From positions 18,165 through 82,164 of the forward strand of contig JAKASE010000006.1 in NCBI GenBank assembly GCA_021819135.1: a DNA stretch of 64,000 nt, read 5' to 3'. Shown here in pieces: positions 1-12,569 of this stretch (the first letter of the stretch is position 1; each line of letters begins with the position of its first letter). The DNA comes from Thermoplasmata archaeon (GTDB lineage Archaea; Thermoplasmatota; Thermoplasmata; Lutacidiplasmatales; UBA184). The notes beneath the pieces are model-generated. The model saw nothing but the letters and a program-made list of their open reading frames with translations. It was not told the origin of the DNA and ran no database searches. Position numbers and translations under genes: made by a program.

Positions 1-889
1 GGTACCGAAAGGTCGAGGAGATAGGCGAATTCGCCCGGCTCGTAGACCACGGGCCGGTCGGCGGTCACGCGGGCCCCGTCCGCCGCGACCTCGTCGAGGG
101 TCGCCGGGACGGACTGGAGCCCGATCGACAGGTGGAGCTGGGCTCCCGGACCGGCGTCGCCGCGGTAGTAGCGGCACTTGAGGAACGGCCCTTGGGGCAG
201 CGAGGTCGCGACCGCGAGGGACCCGTCGGGGGCCAGGATCTGACCGCGCTCGATCTCGTCCGCCTCCACGCCCTTGAGCGCGACCCCGACCCGCTCCCCG
301 CCGACGGCCTCCTTGCGGTCTATGTCATGGACCTGGATCGAGCGGACCTCGACGACCTTCGGGGTCGGGAACAGACGGAGCTTCTCGTGCGCGCGGAGGG
401 TCCCGCGGCGCACCACCCCGAGCGCGACCGCGCCGACGCCCTTCACCGGGAACGCATGGTCGAGCGGGGCGCGGACCGGGCCCTCCGCGACCGGGGCCGA
501 CCACCCTTCGATCAGGGCCCGGAGGTGCGGCAGGTCGAGCGGCACGCGGGGGGCGTCCGCGAGACGGCCGGTCCTCAGGACCCGGGCGACCTCGTTCTCC
601 CCGACCGCCGGACCGAGGACGACCGTGGTCGGCAGCTCGGAGAGCTCGAGGGCCGCGATCGTCTCGGCGACCGGCCGGGAGAGCTCGGCCACCACGAGGA
701 GCGCCCGGTCCGCCATCGCCATCGCGGTCAGGAGGGGCGGGAGCTTCTCGGGGAACTGCGTCGGCTCGACCACGGTGATCGCGTGCTCGTCGTGGACGAG
801 GTTGAACAGCGTGATGTCGGAGGCGGTCCCCTTCTTGCCAAGCTCCTTCGCCACGTCGGGGGCGCCGAGGAGCGCGACCGTGAGCCCGC

Positions 890-893
<4 letters not shown>
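1..893 (-). CDS. EF-Tu/EF-1A-like protein with a degenerate G domain (pseudo-GTPase), partial; the C-terminus lies beyond the window start
   Basis: I translated the minus strand from the ATG at 891-893: MSGLTVALLGAPDVAKELGKKGTASDITLFNLVHDEH... followed by EF-Tu domain 2/3-like beta-barrel segments (GVGAVALGVVRRGTLRAHEKLRLFP...). There is no GHVDHGKS P-loop and no DxxG motif. The start overlaps the clpB stop (ATGA). The window contains no stop codon for this frame. Confidence 0.6.
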
Positions 894-3508
<2,615 letters not shown>

Positions 3509-3563
3509 GGGAATGCGTCATCCGGAGGAGCCGATTTAAGCGCACCACCCGTCTTGGGCGGTC

Positions 3564-4481
3564 GTGGCCGATCTCGCGGTCCGCGTCGCGGGGATCCCCC
3601 TGCGGAACCCGTTCCTTCTGGCCTCGGGCATCTGGGGAGAGAGCGGGGACTCCCTCGCCGGTGCCTGGTCCGCGGGAGCGGGCGGCGTCATCACGAAGTC
3701 GATCGGGTCGGATCCTCGCCCCGGCTACCCGAACCCCACGATCGAGACCTACGAGCGGTGGGGGCTCCTCAATGCGATGGGGCTACCCAATCCCGGGATC
3801 GCCGAATACCCCGGTGAGATCGCCATCGCCCGAAAGGCGGGGGCGACGATCATCGGGTCGGTCTTCGCGGGGGACGCCGCCGAGTTCGCCCGCCTGGCGC
3901 AGCGCATGGAGGGGACTGGAGTCGCGGCGATCGAGCTCAACCTGAGCTGCCCCCACGCGGAGGGGTTCGGCACCGAGGTCGGGAGCGACCCGGACGAGGT
4001 CGAGGCGATCGTCCGCGCGGTGCGTCAGCAGGTCACGGTCCCCATCATTGCCAAGATCACCCCGAACACCTCCGACCCTGCGGCGCTCGCGGCGGCGGCC
4101 GAGCACGGCGGGGCGGCCGCCGTGAGCGCGATCAACACCCTGCGCGCGCTCGCGATCGACGTCGAGCTGAGACGGCCGGTGCTCTCGCACGGTCTCGGCG
4201 GACTGAGCGGCTCCGCCATCAAACCGGTGGGCCTCGCGTGCGTCTGGCAGATCTACGAAGCGGTCTCGATCCCCGTGATCGGCGTGGGCGGGATCATGTC
4301 CGGGCGCGATGCGCTCGAGTATGTGATGGCCGGGGCCCGGGCGGTGGAGGTAGGGACCGCGATCGCGTTCGATGGGGTCGGGGTCTTCGATCGGCTGACC
4401 CGCGAGCTCTCGGAGCTATTGGACCGGATTGGGATCGCCCGGCTCGAAGAGGCCGTCGGGGCCGCGCACCCGAAGGGCTGA
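3564..4481 (+). CDS. pyrD: dihydroorotate dehydrogenase catalytic subunit (class 1B)
   Basis: 305-aa protein with the FMN-binding DHODH motifs (GVITKSIG, LNLSCPH, GGIMSGRDA). Confidence 0.9.
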   Translation: MADLAVRVAGIPLRNPFLLASGIWGESGDSLAGAWSAGAGGVITKSIGSDPRPGYPNPTIETYERWGLLNAMGLPNPGIAEYPGEIAIARKAGATIIGSVFAGDAAEFARLAQRMEGTGVAAIELNLSCPHAEGFGTEVGSDPDEVEAIVRAVRQQVTVPIIAKITPNTSDPAALAAAAEHGGAAAVSAINTLRALAIDVELRRPVLSHGLGGLSGSAIKPVGLACVWQIYEAVSIPVIGVGGIMSGRDALEYVMAGARAVEVGTAIAFDGVGVFDRLTRELSELLDRIGIARLEEAVGAAHPKG

Positions 4482-4540
4482 GCGCCGGGTTGTGCCTCGA
4501 CGCGGCGAGCCGCTATAACACGGGCCGACTAGCCCGCTCC

Positions 4541-5329
4541 GTGCGCACGGTCGTCCGCGTCACGGACCGGGTGGCGGAGACCCCCTCCACCGTGACCTTG
4601 CGTTTCGCGTTCCCGGCTTCGGCCGCCCCGGGCCAGTTCGTGATGGCGTGGTTCCCCGGGGACGACGAGATCCCGATGTCCCTCTCGTACATCGAGGACC
4701 GGTCGAAGGGGATCACGGTCAAGGTCATGGGCGACACCAGCCGGCGCATCCAGTCGATCGCCCCCGGGACCCCGATCGGCATCCGGGGCCCGTACGGGAA
4801 CCGGTTCGATCTCTCCCCCCGCCGCGTCCTTGTGGTCGCGGGGGGCTCCGGAGCGGCCGTGCTCGCTCCGGCCGCCGAGCGGGCCCGCTCGACCGGGGCG
4901 GCGGTGACGGTCGCCCTCGGCGCGACCCGGTCCCCGGAGCTCCTCTTCCGGGACCGGTTCCAACGGATGGGAGCCCGGGTCGACGTCGCCACCGACGACG
5001 GCTCCGAGGGATTCCACGGGTTCGTCACGGAGGTCGCGGCCCGTCACCTCGCGTCCGAGCCGTTCGATGCGGTGTGGACGTGCGGCCCCGAGGTGATGAT
5101 GCGGAAGGTCGTGAGCCTCGCGGAGCCTCGCCAGATCCCCGTCTACTGTTCGATGGAACGGCACATGAAGTGCGCGATCGGCATGTGCGACGCCTGCGCG
5201 CTCGGTCCGTACCACGTCTGTACCGACGGTCCGGTGTTCTCCGCCGAGCGGCTCCGTGGGGTCGAGGACTTCGGTCGGTTCCATCGGGATTCCTGCGGTC
5301 GCCGCATCCCCTTCGGGAGCCCCGGCTGA
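4541..5329 (+). CDS. pyrK: dihydroorotate dehydrogenase electron-transfer subunit
   Basis: Ferredoxin-reductase-like fold followed by a C-terminal 2Fe-2S Cys cluster (CSMERHMKCAIGMCDACALGPYHVC). The ORF-track start at 4238 overlaps pyrD. The true start is probably the GTG at 4541 or the TTG at 4490, just after the pyrD stop. Confidence 0.85.
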   Translation: MRTVVRVTDRVAETPSTVTLRFAFPASAAPGQFVMAWFPGDDEIPMSLSYIEDRSKGITVKVMGDTSRRIQSIAPGTPIGIRGPYGNRFDLSPRRVLVVAGGSGAAVLAPAAERARSTGAAVTVALGATRSPELLFRDRFQRMGARVDVATDDGSEGFHGFVTEVAARHLASEPFDAVWTCGPEVMMRKVVSLAEPRQIPVYCSMERHMKCAIGMCDACALGPYHVCTDGPVFSAERLRGVEDFGRFHRDSCGRRIPFGSPG

Positions 5330-5419
5330 GGCCCCGCCACCGTTCGACCCGAAGGGTTCCGGCTTCCCTTGCCACCAACTTTATCGTCCTCCCCCTCTAC
5401 GAGGGGGCCGGAGCGACGG

Positions 5420-7054
5420 ATGAAGGTCATTGTCGTGAGCGGCGGGGTCATTTCCGGCCTCGGGAAGGGGATCACCACCTCCTCCCTCGGGCGCCTCCTG
5501 AAGGCGCGCGGGATCCCGGTCACGATCCTCAAGATCGACCCGTACCTCAATGTCGATGCCGGTACGATGAACCCGTACCAGCACGGGGAGGTCTTCGTCC
5601 TCGACGACGGCACGGAGGCCGATCTCGACCTCGGCAACTACGAGCGGTTCCTCGGGCAGAGCCTGAGCGGCACGCACAACCTCACGACGGGGAAGATCTA
5701 CCGGGCGGTCATCGAGAAGGAACGACGCGGCGATTATCTCGGCAACACCGTGCAGATCATCCCGCACGTCACCGGCGAGATCAAGCGGACGATCCGGGAG
5801 GTCTGCCAGGCGGCCGGCGCGGACGTCATCCTGGTCGAGGTCGGGGGGACGGTCGGGGACATCGAATCCATGCCGTTCCTCGAGGCCCTCCGCGAGCTCT
5901 CCTACGAGCTCGGCGAGGGCCACATGGCGTTCGTCCACACCACCCTCGTGCCCGTGGTCGGGCCGGTCGGCGAGGCGAAGACGAAGCCGACACAGCACTC
6001 GGTCCGCGAGCTGCGGGCGATCGGGATCCGCCCGAACCTGATCATCGCGCGGGGACCCACCCCCCTCACCGCCGACATCAAGGCGAAGATCTCGCTCTTC
6101 TGTGACGTTCGGCCCGAGGCGGTGATCTCGGTTCCGGATCAGCCGGTGATCTACGAGGTGCCCCTCGTCCTCGAGGCCCAGGGCGTGGGATCGATCCTGA
6201 CCCGTCTCCTCGGCCTGCCCGAACGGCAGCCCGACTTCACGGCATGGAAGGAGTTCCTCGCGAACTATCGCGCCGCCGAACGCACGATCGAGGTCGCGGT
6301 CGTGGGGAAGTACACCGAGCTCCGGGACGCCTACCTGTCGCACTCGGAGGCGTTCCACCACGTCCAGGGCCACCTCGGCGTCGAGATCCGCCTCCAGTGG
6401 TACGATTCCGAGGACATCCCGAGGAACCCCGCCCTCCTGGGGCGCCTCGAGCGGTCGGACGCGATCCTCGTCCCCGGCGGCTTCGGGGCCCGGGGGGTCG
6501 AGGGGAAGATCCGATCGATCGCGATCGCACGCACGAAGGGGATCCCGTACCTCGGTGTCTGCTACGGCTTCCAGATGGCCGCGGTCGAGTTCGCGCGCAA
6601 CGTCCTCGAGCTCCCGCAGGCGAACACGACCGAGGTCGACTCGGCATGTCCCGACCCGGTCGTCTGTCTCCTCGAGGAGCAGAAGGGGGTGAACGCCCTC
6701 GGGGGCACCATGCGGCTCGGTGCCCAGCGCGTCGTCCTGAGCCCAGGCTCGCGCGTCGCCGAGATCTACGGCAAGACCGAGATCTGGGAGCGCCACCGTC
6801 ACCGCTACGAGATCAACCCGGAATACCTCGAGCGGTTCCGCAAGGCGGGGCTCGTGGTCACGGGTCGTTCCGTGGACGGCCGGGTCGAGGTCTTCGAGGC
6901 ATCGGACCATCCGTTCTTCCTTGGCGTCCAGTTCCACCCGGAGTTCCTTTCCCGACCGGAGTCCCCCCATCCGCTCTATCTCGCGTTCGTACGGGCCGCG
7001 CTCGCCCGCAAGGAGGTCGCCCACCCTGTCGGCGCCCCGTCGGCTGTCGCGTGA
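5420..7054 (+). CDS. pyrG: CTP synthase
   Basis: Starts MKVIVVSGGVISGLGKGITTSSLGRLLKARG and carries a C-terminal glutamine amidotransferase domain (GVCYGFQ). The ATG at 5420 lies inside the longer ORF that the track starts at 5369. Confidence 0.93.
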   Translation: MKVIVVSGGVISGLGKGITTSSLGRLLKARGIPVTILKIDPYLNVDAGTMNPYQHGEVFVLDDGTEADLDLGNYERFLGQSLSGTHNLTTGKIYRAVIEKERRGDYLGNTVQIIPHVTGEIKRTIREVCQAAGADVILVEVGGTVGDIESMPFLEALRELSYELGEGHMAFVHTTLVPVVGPVGEAKTKPTQHSVRELRAIGIRPNLIIARGPTPLTADIKAKISLFCDVRPEAVISVPDQPVIYEVPLVLEAQGVGSILTRLLGLPERQPDFTAWKEFLANYRAAERTIEVAVVGKYTELRDAYLSHSEAFHHVQGHLGVEIRLQWYDSEDIPRNPALLGRLERSDAILVPGGFGARGVEGKIRSIAIARTKGIPYLGVCYGFQMAAVEFARNVLELPQANTTEVDSACPDPVVCLLEEQKGVNALGGTMRLGAQRVVLSPGSRVAEIYGKTEIWERHRHRYEINPEYLERFRKAGLVVTGRSVDGRVEVFEASDHPFFLGVQFHPEFLSRPESPHPLYLAFVRAALARKEVAHPVGAPSAVA

Positions 7055-8336
7055 GCTCAAGGAGCGCGACGGCGAGGTCGTTCGGATCGCCGGTCACCTC
7101 GAGGACTACCGGGCCCTCGGGGGCGTGGCGTTTGCCATCGTGCGGGATGGGTCCGGGACTACCCAGGTCACGCTCAAGAAAGGGTCCGCCGACCCGTCAC
7201 TGTTCGCGCTCCTTCAGGAGCTCCCCCGCGAGTCGGTCGTCGAAGTGGAAGGGACGGTCCGCCGGTCGGAGAAGGCCCAGCGGGGCGTCGAGGTCCATCC
7301 CTCTCGAGTGACCGTCCTCGGTCGATCGGAGGCGCCGCTCCCGCTCGGGATCGTCGACAAGGTGGGGGCCGAGCTCCCCACCCGTCTCGACCATCGCGTC
7401 CTCGACCTGAGGAAGCCGGCGATCCGGGCGATCTTCGAGATGCGGACGAGCCTCCTCGCCGGGTTCCGCGCCGCGTTCCTCAAGCGGGGCTTTCTCGAGG
7501 TCGAGACGCCGAAGATCCTCCGCCAGGGCGCCGAGGGAGGCGCGACCCTATTCGCCGTGGAGTACTTCGACACCCGGGCCTACCTCGCCCAGAGCCCCCA
7601 GCTCTACAAGCAGATGCTGATCGGGGCGGGGTTCGAGCGCGTCTTCGAGATCGCGCCGGCGTTCCGGGCCGAACCGTCCGACACCCTCCGTCACATCACC
7701 GAGTTCTCGAGCCTCGACGCCGAGGTCGGGTACATCGACGGGGCCGACGACCTCCGGACCCTGGTCGAGCAGCTCCTCGGGGACGCCATCGGGTTCGTAC
7801 GCCGCGACCTCGCGGAGCGCGGGAATCCCCTCGCGGACCGGATCCCCGAGCCCCAGCCCCCGTTCCCCCGGATCCCGTTCTCCGTCTGCGAGGAGTGGCT
7901 CGGACGGCCGGGCGCGGAGCAGGACCTCGGGACCGAGGACGAGAAGGCGATCGGGGAGAGGGCGATGAAGGAGTACGGTTCTCCCTTCTACTTCCTCATC
8001 GATTTTCCCACGGCGGTCAAGGCCCACACGTTCTATGCGCAGCGGCAGGACGCGAACCCCCGTCTCACCGGGTACTTCGACCTCGACTACCGGGGCCTCG
8101 AACTGATGAGCGGAGGGCCGCGCGAGCACCGGTACGACCGTCTTATCGAGAACATCCGGTCGGCGGGGCTCGACCCGGCCCACTTCCCGGGGTACCTCGA
8201 AGCGTTCCGCTACGGCATGCCGCCCCACGGCGGGTGGGCCATCGGCGTCGACCGGCTCGTGCAGGTCCTCGCAGGGCTCTCCAATATACGGGAGGCCCGC
8301 CTCTTCCCCCGGGACCGGTATCGCCTCGACCCGTAA
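6921..8336 (+). CDS. aspS: aspartyl-tRNA synthetase (archaeal type); start uncertain
   Basis: Class IIb AspRS motifs are present (FRAE, GGWAIGVDRLV, QSPQLYKQ). Homology to archaeal AspRS N-termini begins near residue 41 (ELKERDGEVVRIAG), about nt 7044. The only in-frame start codon is the TTG at 6921, which overlaps pyrG by 134 nt. Confidence 0.88.
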   Translation: MASSSTRSSFPDRSPPIRSISRSYGPRSPARRSPTLSAPRRLSRELKERDGEVVRIAGHLEDYRALGGVAFAIVRDGSGTTQVTLKKGSADPSLFALLQELPRESVVEVEGTVRRSEKAQRGVEVHPSRVTVLGRSEAPLPLGIVDKVGAELPTRLDHRVLDLRKPAIRAIFEMRTSLLAGFRAAFLKRGFLEVETPKILRQGAEGGATLFAVEYFDTRAYLAQSPQLYKQMLIGAGFERVFEIAPAFRAEPSDTLRHITEFSSLDAEVGYIDGADDLRTLVEQLLGDAIGFVRRDLAERGNPLADRIPEPQPPFPRIPFSVCEEWLGRPGAEQDLGTEDEKAIGERAMKEYGSPFYFLIDFPTAVKAHTFYAQRQDANPRLTGYFDLDYRGLELMSGGPREHRYDRLIENIRSAGLDPAHFPGYLEAFRYGMPPHGGWAIGVDRLVQVLAGLSNIREARLFPRDRYRLDP

Positions 8337-8351
8337 CGGAGGAGACGAGTC

Positions 8352-10454
8352 ATGGTCGCGGTCAAGAGGACCCTCCCCGCGCCTCCCGAGCTCCAGAGCC
8401 GGTGGGCCGCGGTGCTCGAGGAGACGGGGCTACGGCCGAGGATCCTCCAGATCCACGACCGGTTCCCCGAGGAGCGGTCGCTCGAGGTCCCGTTCGCCGC
8501 CATCGACACTGTCGACACCGGGCTCGCGGACATCCTGCTCGAGCGGCCCGAGGAGGTCCTGGATGCGGGGATCCGGGCGATGGGCGAGCTCCTTCCGGTC
8601 TCGGGTCCGGATGCCCACCATCTTCGGCTCCGGGTCGTGGGATTCCCCGCTACCGCACACCGGACCGTCCGAGCGATCCGGGAGACGGATCTCAACCGGC
8701 TGATCGCGCTGGACGGTGTCGTCCGGCGGGTGAGCGAGGTCCGGCCGCAGATCCGCGATGCGGTGTTCGAGTGCGTCGCGTGCCGCACGAAGTTCCATGA
8801 GCCTCAGGACGAGGTCTCCCTCGTCTTCCGCGAGCCGCTCGAGTGCCCGGAGTCGCAGGGGGGGTGCGGCCGCACCCAGGGCCGGACCCGGTTCCGCCTG
8901 GTCGCCGAGGAGTCGACGTACGTCGATGCGCAACGCATCGAGGTCCAGGAGAACCCCGAGACGCTCCGCCATGGAGCCCATCCTCAGGGTCTCAACGTCC
9001 TGCTCACCGAGGACCTCACCGGCCGGGTCCTGCCGGGGAACCGGATCGTGCTCAACGGCGTGCTCAAGAGCTTCCAGCGCGCGAGCGCCTCCCGCGGCGG
9101 GGTGGTCCGGAACACCACCTTCGACCTGATGGTCCTCGGGAACTCGTTCGAGTCCAAGGTCCGGGAGTACGAGGAGATCGAGATCGCTCCGGAGGAGGCG
9201 CGCCTGATCGAGTCGTTCCGGGGGGATCCGACCGTCGTCGACAAGATCGTCCTGTCGCTGGCGCCCACGATCAAGGGGATGGAGGAGGAGAAGGAGGCGA
9301 TCGCCCTCCAGCTCTTCGGCGGCGTCGAGAAGCGGCACGCGGACGGGGTCCGGGTCCGGGGCGACATCCACTGTCTCATCGTGGGGGATCCGGGGACCGC
9401 CAAGAGCCAGCTCCTCCGCTATATCGCGGAGGTCGCCCCCCGGGGGATCTATACCAGCGGCAAGGGCGCCACGGCCGCCGGGCTCACGGCCGCCGCGGTG
9501 AAGGACGATTTCGCCGGCGGACGCTGGGTGCTCGAGGCCGGGATGCTGGTCCTGGCTGACGGCGGGATGGCGATGATCGACGAGCTCGACAAGATGAGCC
9601 CGGAGGACCGGTCCGCCATGCACGAGGTGCTGGAGCAACAGACCGTGAGCATCGCCAAGGCCGGGATCACCTCGACCCTGAACGCCCGATGTCCCGTGCT
9701 GGCCGCCGCGAACCCGAAGTGGGGCCGGTTCACGAACGACCGGTCGATCGCCGAGCAGCTCGACCTGCCGCCCACCCTCCTCTCGCGGTTCGACGTGATC
9801 TACTCGATCAAGGACGTGCCGGACCAGGAACGGGACCGTCACCTCGCGAACCGGATCCTCGCCTCGCACCGGGACGTCGAGCGGGAAGGAGAGGGCAGCG
9901 GGTTGGCCCCGTTCTCCCCGGACCTGCTGAAGAAGTACATCGCCTACGCCCGGAAGAACATCCGGCCGTCGCTCTCGCAGGGGGCGCTCGACGAGCTCGA
10001 GAACTTCTACGTCCGCGTGCGCCGGCAGGGCGAGGAGCCGAACGCTCCGGTGCCGATCACCGCCCGTCAGCTGGAAGCGCTCGTGCGTCTGAGCGAGGCG
10101 GCCGCCCGGGCGCGTCTCTCCTCCCGGGTCGAGGTCGAGGACTCCCATCGGGCGATCCACATCATGGAGTCGTTCCTGCGCCGCGTGTCGATGACCGAGG
10201 AGGGGAAGCTCGACATCGACCTCACGCAGTCGGGGGTGAGCCACAGTCAACGCGAGCGGCTCGACATCGTGATGCGGATCATGCGGGAGCTCCAGGACGA
10301 GCACGGGGGGTTCTTCTCGATTGAGCAGTTCCGGGAGGCGGCCGAGAAGGCCGGGATCCCTCCGCCCAAGGCGGAGGCCCTCTTGCAGTCGCTGCGGAAC
10401 CAGGGCGAGATCATCGAGGCCCGACCGAACCACCTCCAGCTGGTCCGGTTCTGA
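8352..10454 (+). CDS. mcm: MCM replicative helicase
   Basis: 700 aa with a zinc-finger CVACRTKF...CPESQGGC, Walker A GDPGTAKSQLL, Walker B/arginine finger (IDELDKM, SRFD) and a C-terminal winged helix. Confidence 0.95.
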   Translation: MVAVKRTLPAPPELQSRWAAVLEETGLRPRILQIHDRFPEERSLEVPFAAIDTVDTGLADILLERPEEVLDAGIRAMGELLPVSGPDAHHLRLRVVGFPATAHRTVRAIRETDLNRLIALDGVVRRVSEVRPQIRDAVFECVACRTKFHEPQDEVSLVFREPLECPESQGGCGRTQGRTRFRLVAEESTYVDAQRIEVQENPETLRHGAHPQGLNVLLTEDLTGRVLPGNRIVLNGVLKSFQRASASRGGVVRNTTFDLMVLGNSFESKVREYEEIEIAPEEARLIESFRGDPTVVDKIVLSLAPTIKGMEEEKEAIALQLFGGVEKRHADGVRVRGDIHCLIVGDPGTAKSQLLRYIAEVAPRGIYTSGKGATAAGLTAAAVKDDFAGGRWVLEAGMLVLADGGMAMIDELDKMSPEDRSAMHEVLEQQTVSIAKAGITSTLNARCPVLAAANPKWGRFTNDRSIAEQLDLPPTLLSRFDVIYSIKDVPDQERDRHLANRILASHRDVEREGEGSGLAPFSPDLLKKYIAYARKNIRPSLSQGALDELENFYVRVRRQGEEPNAPVPITARQLEALVRLSEAAARARLSSRVEVEDSHRAIHIMESFLRRVSMTEEGKLDIDLTQSGVSHSQRERLDIVMRIMRELQDEHGGFFSIEQFREAAEKAGIPPPKAEALLQSLRNQGEIIEARPNHLQLVRF

Positions 10455-10507
10455 GACACGCGCGCCGCGACCCGGAGGGCCGGCCTGCCCGGGTCGAGGC
10501 CAGGACC

Positions 10508-10849
10508 TCAGTCCACGACCTCGAGCCGGACGTGGAGCTCTTCCGCGACCTCCTTAAGGAGCCGCACCTCGGGATCGGTGAGGCGCGCGCGGACCATCGC
10601 CATGCGGTAGGCCCGGGCGATCGGGACCGGGATCAGGCGATGGAACAGCGACTCCCACGCGGTGCCCAGCGTCCAGACCCGCGTCCCGAGCGCGACCGCC
10701 AGTACGTTGACCTCCGAGGTGGGCCGATGGGGGTTCTCCGGATCGATCCATCCCCGCGAGCGGCTGAGGTAGCAGACCCGCGAGGGGCTCGCCGAGGCGC
10801 CCGGCGGCTCGGGGGGCGGCCCCGAGTTGCGCCGCCCGTTCTTCCCGAC
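10508..10849 (-). CDS. small conserved protein, possibly SRP19-like; start uncertain
   Basis: Third-position GC in the minus frame is above 90% across this stretch. The sequence (...SPSRVCYLSRSRGWIDPENP...NVLAVALG...LLKEVAEELHVRL) loosely resembles archaeal SRP19. The ORF track shows no ATG/GTG/TTG near the expected N-terminus; the GTG at 10849 is the nearest candidate. Confidence 0.3.
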   Translation of the reverse strand, partial: VGKNGRRNSGPPPEPPGASASPSRVCYLSRSRGWIDPENPHRPTSEVNVLAVALGTRVWTLGTAWESLFHRLIPVPIARAYRMAMVRARLTDPEVRLLKEVAEELHVRLEVVD

Positions 10850-11009
10850 ATCCACGAACGGTCGTACGCGCGCGGTAGGATTTGAGCGCTCGGCCGGCGC
10901 CCGGGAGGGTGCCGCTCTCCGGCCGGTCTCCCTCCTAGGCCATTTATGCTCTGACCGACCTGCGTCCCATCGACCGGAGGGGGCTGCCGTGGCGGAGGAC
11001 GGGCTCGTG

Positions 11010-11306
11010 ATGCGCATCCATCGCGTGCGCTCGGAGTTCGTGGTCGCCGCGTGCGACGCGGAGCTCCTGGGCCGGGACCTGCCGGTCGGCGAGGCCGGAA
11101 AGACCGTCCGGATCTCCCCCCAGTTCTACGGGGAGCGACGCGTCTCCTCGGAGGAGCTTCTCTGGGCCCTCCAGCGCGCCACGATCGCGAACCTCCTCGG
11201 GACCCGGGTGCTCGAGATCGCCCAGCAGGGCGGCTTCGTCGCTCCCGGCAGCGCGGGCACGTTGGGCGGGGTCCCGCACGCCGAGATCTTCTCCCTGCTG
11301 GGCTAG
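11010..11306 (+). CDS. DUF424 family archaeal protein
   Basis: MRIHRVRSEFVVAACDAELLGRDL... matches the DUF424 pattern (V.V.CD..LLG). The ATG is at 11010, inside the longer ORF that the track starts at 10827. Confidence 0.6.
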   Translation: MRIHRVRSEFVVAACDAELLGRDLPVGEAGKTVRISPQFYGERRVSSEELLWALQRATIANLLGTRVLEIAQQGGFVAPGSAGTLGGVPHAEIFSLLG

Positions 11307-11322
11307 ATCCCCGGGGCGTGGG

Positions 11323-12111
11323 ATGTCCGAGAGCGAGTTCTGCGTGGTCTGCGGGGCCACCGACCGGCCGCTCGTCGACGGCGTCTGCGCCCCCTGCGCC
11401 TCGGACCGGACCGTCCTCGTGACGGCCCGCCGCCAGGGGACGGTGGTGATGTGCCCCCACTGCGGGGCCCGCGAGATCGGAGGACGCTGGGAACGAAGCG
11501 GATCGAGCCGGCTCCTGATCGCGGAGGACCTGACGCCGTTCCTCGAACCCCACCCGGAGGTCGGTATCCGTCGAGCCCGGTGGGAGGAGATGGTGGTGAG
11601 CGCCAACCAGCGGGAGTACCGCGGCCATATCCATCTCGTCTTCCGCGGAGTCCCCCGCGACGTCGAGATCCCCCTCACCGTACGGACGGTGTCGAGGAGC
11701 TGTCCCGACTGCAGCCGCAAGAGCGGCCGGTACTACACCGCGATCGTCCAGCTCCGGGGCCCCGAGGACGGCCGGCCCGAGAAACCCCCTGCCCTCCGGA
11801 ACCGCCTCGAGCGGGTCTGGACGAACCTCCTCAAAGAGGCCCGTCCGGACTGGCGGAAGGCCCTCTCCTGGACCGAGGCGCTCCCCGAAGGGTGGGACTG
11901 CTACTTCACGGAGACCTTGGCCGCCCGCGCGATCGCGAAGCTGGCGAAGCAGCGGTACGGGGTCCCGGTCAAGGAGTCCGCGAGCCTCTTCGGCCGACGG
12001 CACGGCCAGGAGGTCTACCGGGTGACGTTCTGCCTGCGGTTCCCGCCCGGGGCCGATTCCTCCGCTTCCGGTCGGTCGGGCGGGGCGACGACCGCGACAA
12101 TGGAACAATAG
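11323..12111 (+). CDS. nmd3: NMD3 family 60S ribosomal export protein homolog
   Basis: N-terminal CxxC zinc ribbons (CVVCGA...CAPC...CPHCGA) and a YTAIVQLRG-type core. Confidence 0.7.
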   Translation: MSESEFCVVCGATDRPLVDGVCAPCASDRTVLVTARRQGTVVMCPHCGAREIGGRWERSGSSRLLIAEDLTPFLEPHPEVGIRRARWEEMVVSANQREYRGHIHLVFRGVPRDVEIPLTVRTVSRSCPDCSRKSGRYYTAIVQLRGPEDGRPEKPPALRNRLERVWTNLLKEARPDWRKALSWTEALPEGWDCYFTETLAARAIAKLAKQRYGVPVKESASLFGRRHGQEVYRVTFCLRFPPGADSSASGRSGGATTATMEQ

Positions 12112-12162
12112 CCTTAAGAACGGAACACTCCGTCGAGCCGCTCGGTAACGGGGCGCACCTCC

Positions 12163-12543
12163 ATGATGAAGAAAAGCGGGATCCTGCGGCGGCACCACGG
12201 CTCGGACACGTTGGAAGAGGGGTCGTTCGTAGACCTCGGCTCGATGTCGTTCGAGGATGAGGCGGGGACCCTCGCGGGCTCGCGCGGGGCGGTCCGGCTC
12301 GCCGAGATCCTGCGGTTCGAGGACCTCCACGAGGTCACCAAGCTCGCCTACCAGGGCGACATCGTTCTCCTCGACTACACGTCGATCGCCAACGACCAGA
12401 TCGCCGTCAAGCGGATGAGCGTCGATCTCAAGAACGTCGCCAAGGACACCGGCGGGGACGTCGCCGGGATCGCGAAGAACCTCCTCGCGATCACGCCGGC
12501 AGGGATCCGGATCGACAGACAGAAGATCCGGCCGTCGTTCTAA
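12163..12543 (+). CDS. sepF: cell division protein SepF (DUF552)
   Basis: 126 aa. The C-terminal segment DIVLLDYTSIANDQIAVKRMSVDLKNVAKDTGGDVAGIAKNLLAITPAGIRI is typical of SepF. Confidence 0.75.
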   Translation: MMKKSGILRRHHGSDTLEEGSFVDLGSMSFEDEAGTLAGSRGAVRLAEILRFEDLHEVTKLAYQGDIVLLDYTSIANDQIAVKRMSVDLKNVAKDTGGDVAGIAKNLLAITPAGIRIDRQKIRPSF

Positions 12544-12569
12544 TCTCCTCGTCGCGCATCGTCCGCCGC

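Noticed and set aside
8430-10433. 667-aa minus-strand ORF antisense to mcm
   Set aside because: The same artefact class: a low-complexity translation lying entirely inside a clearly conserved MCM gene.
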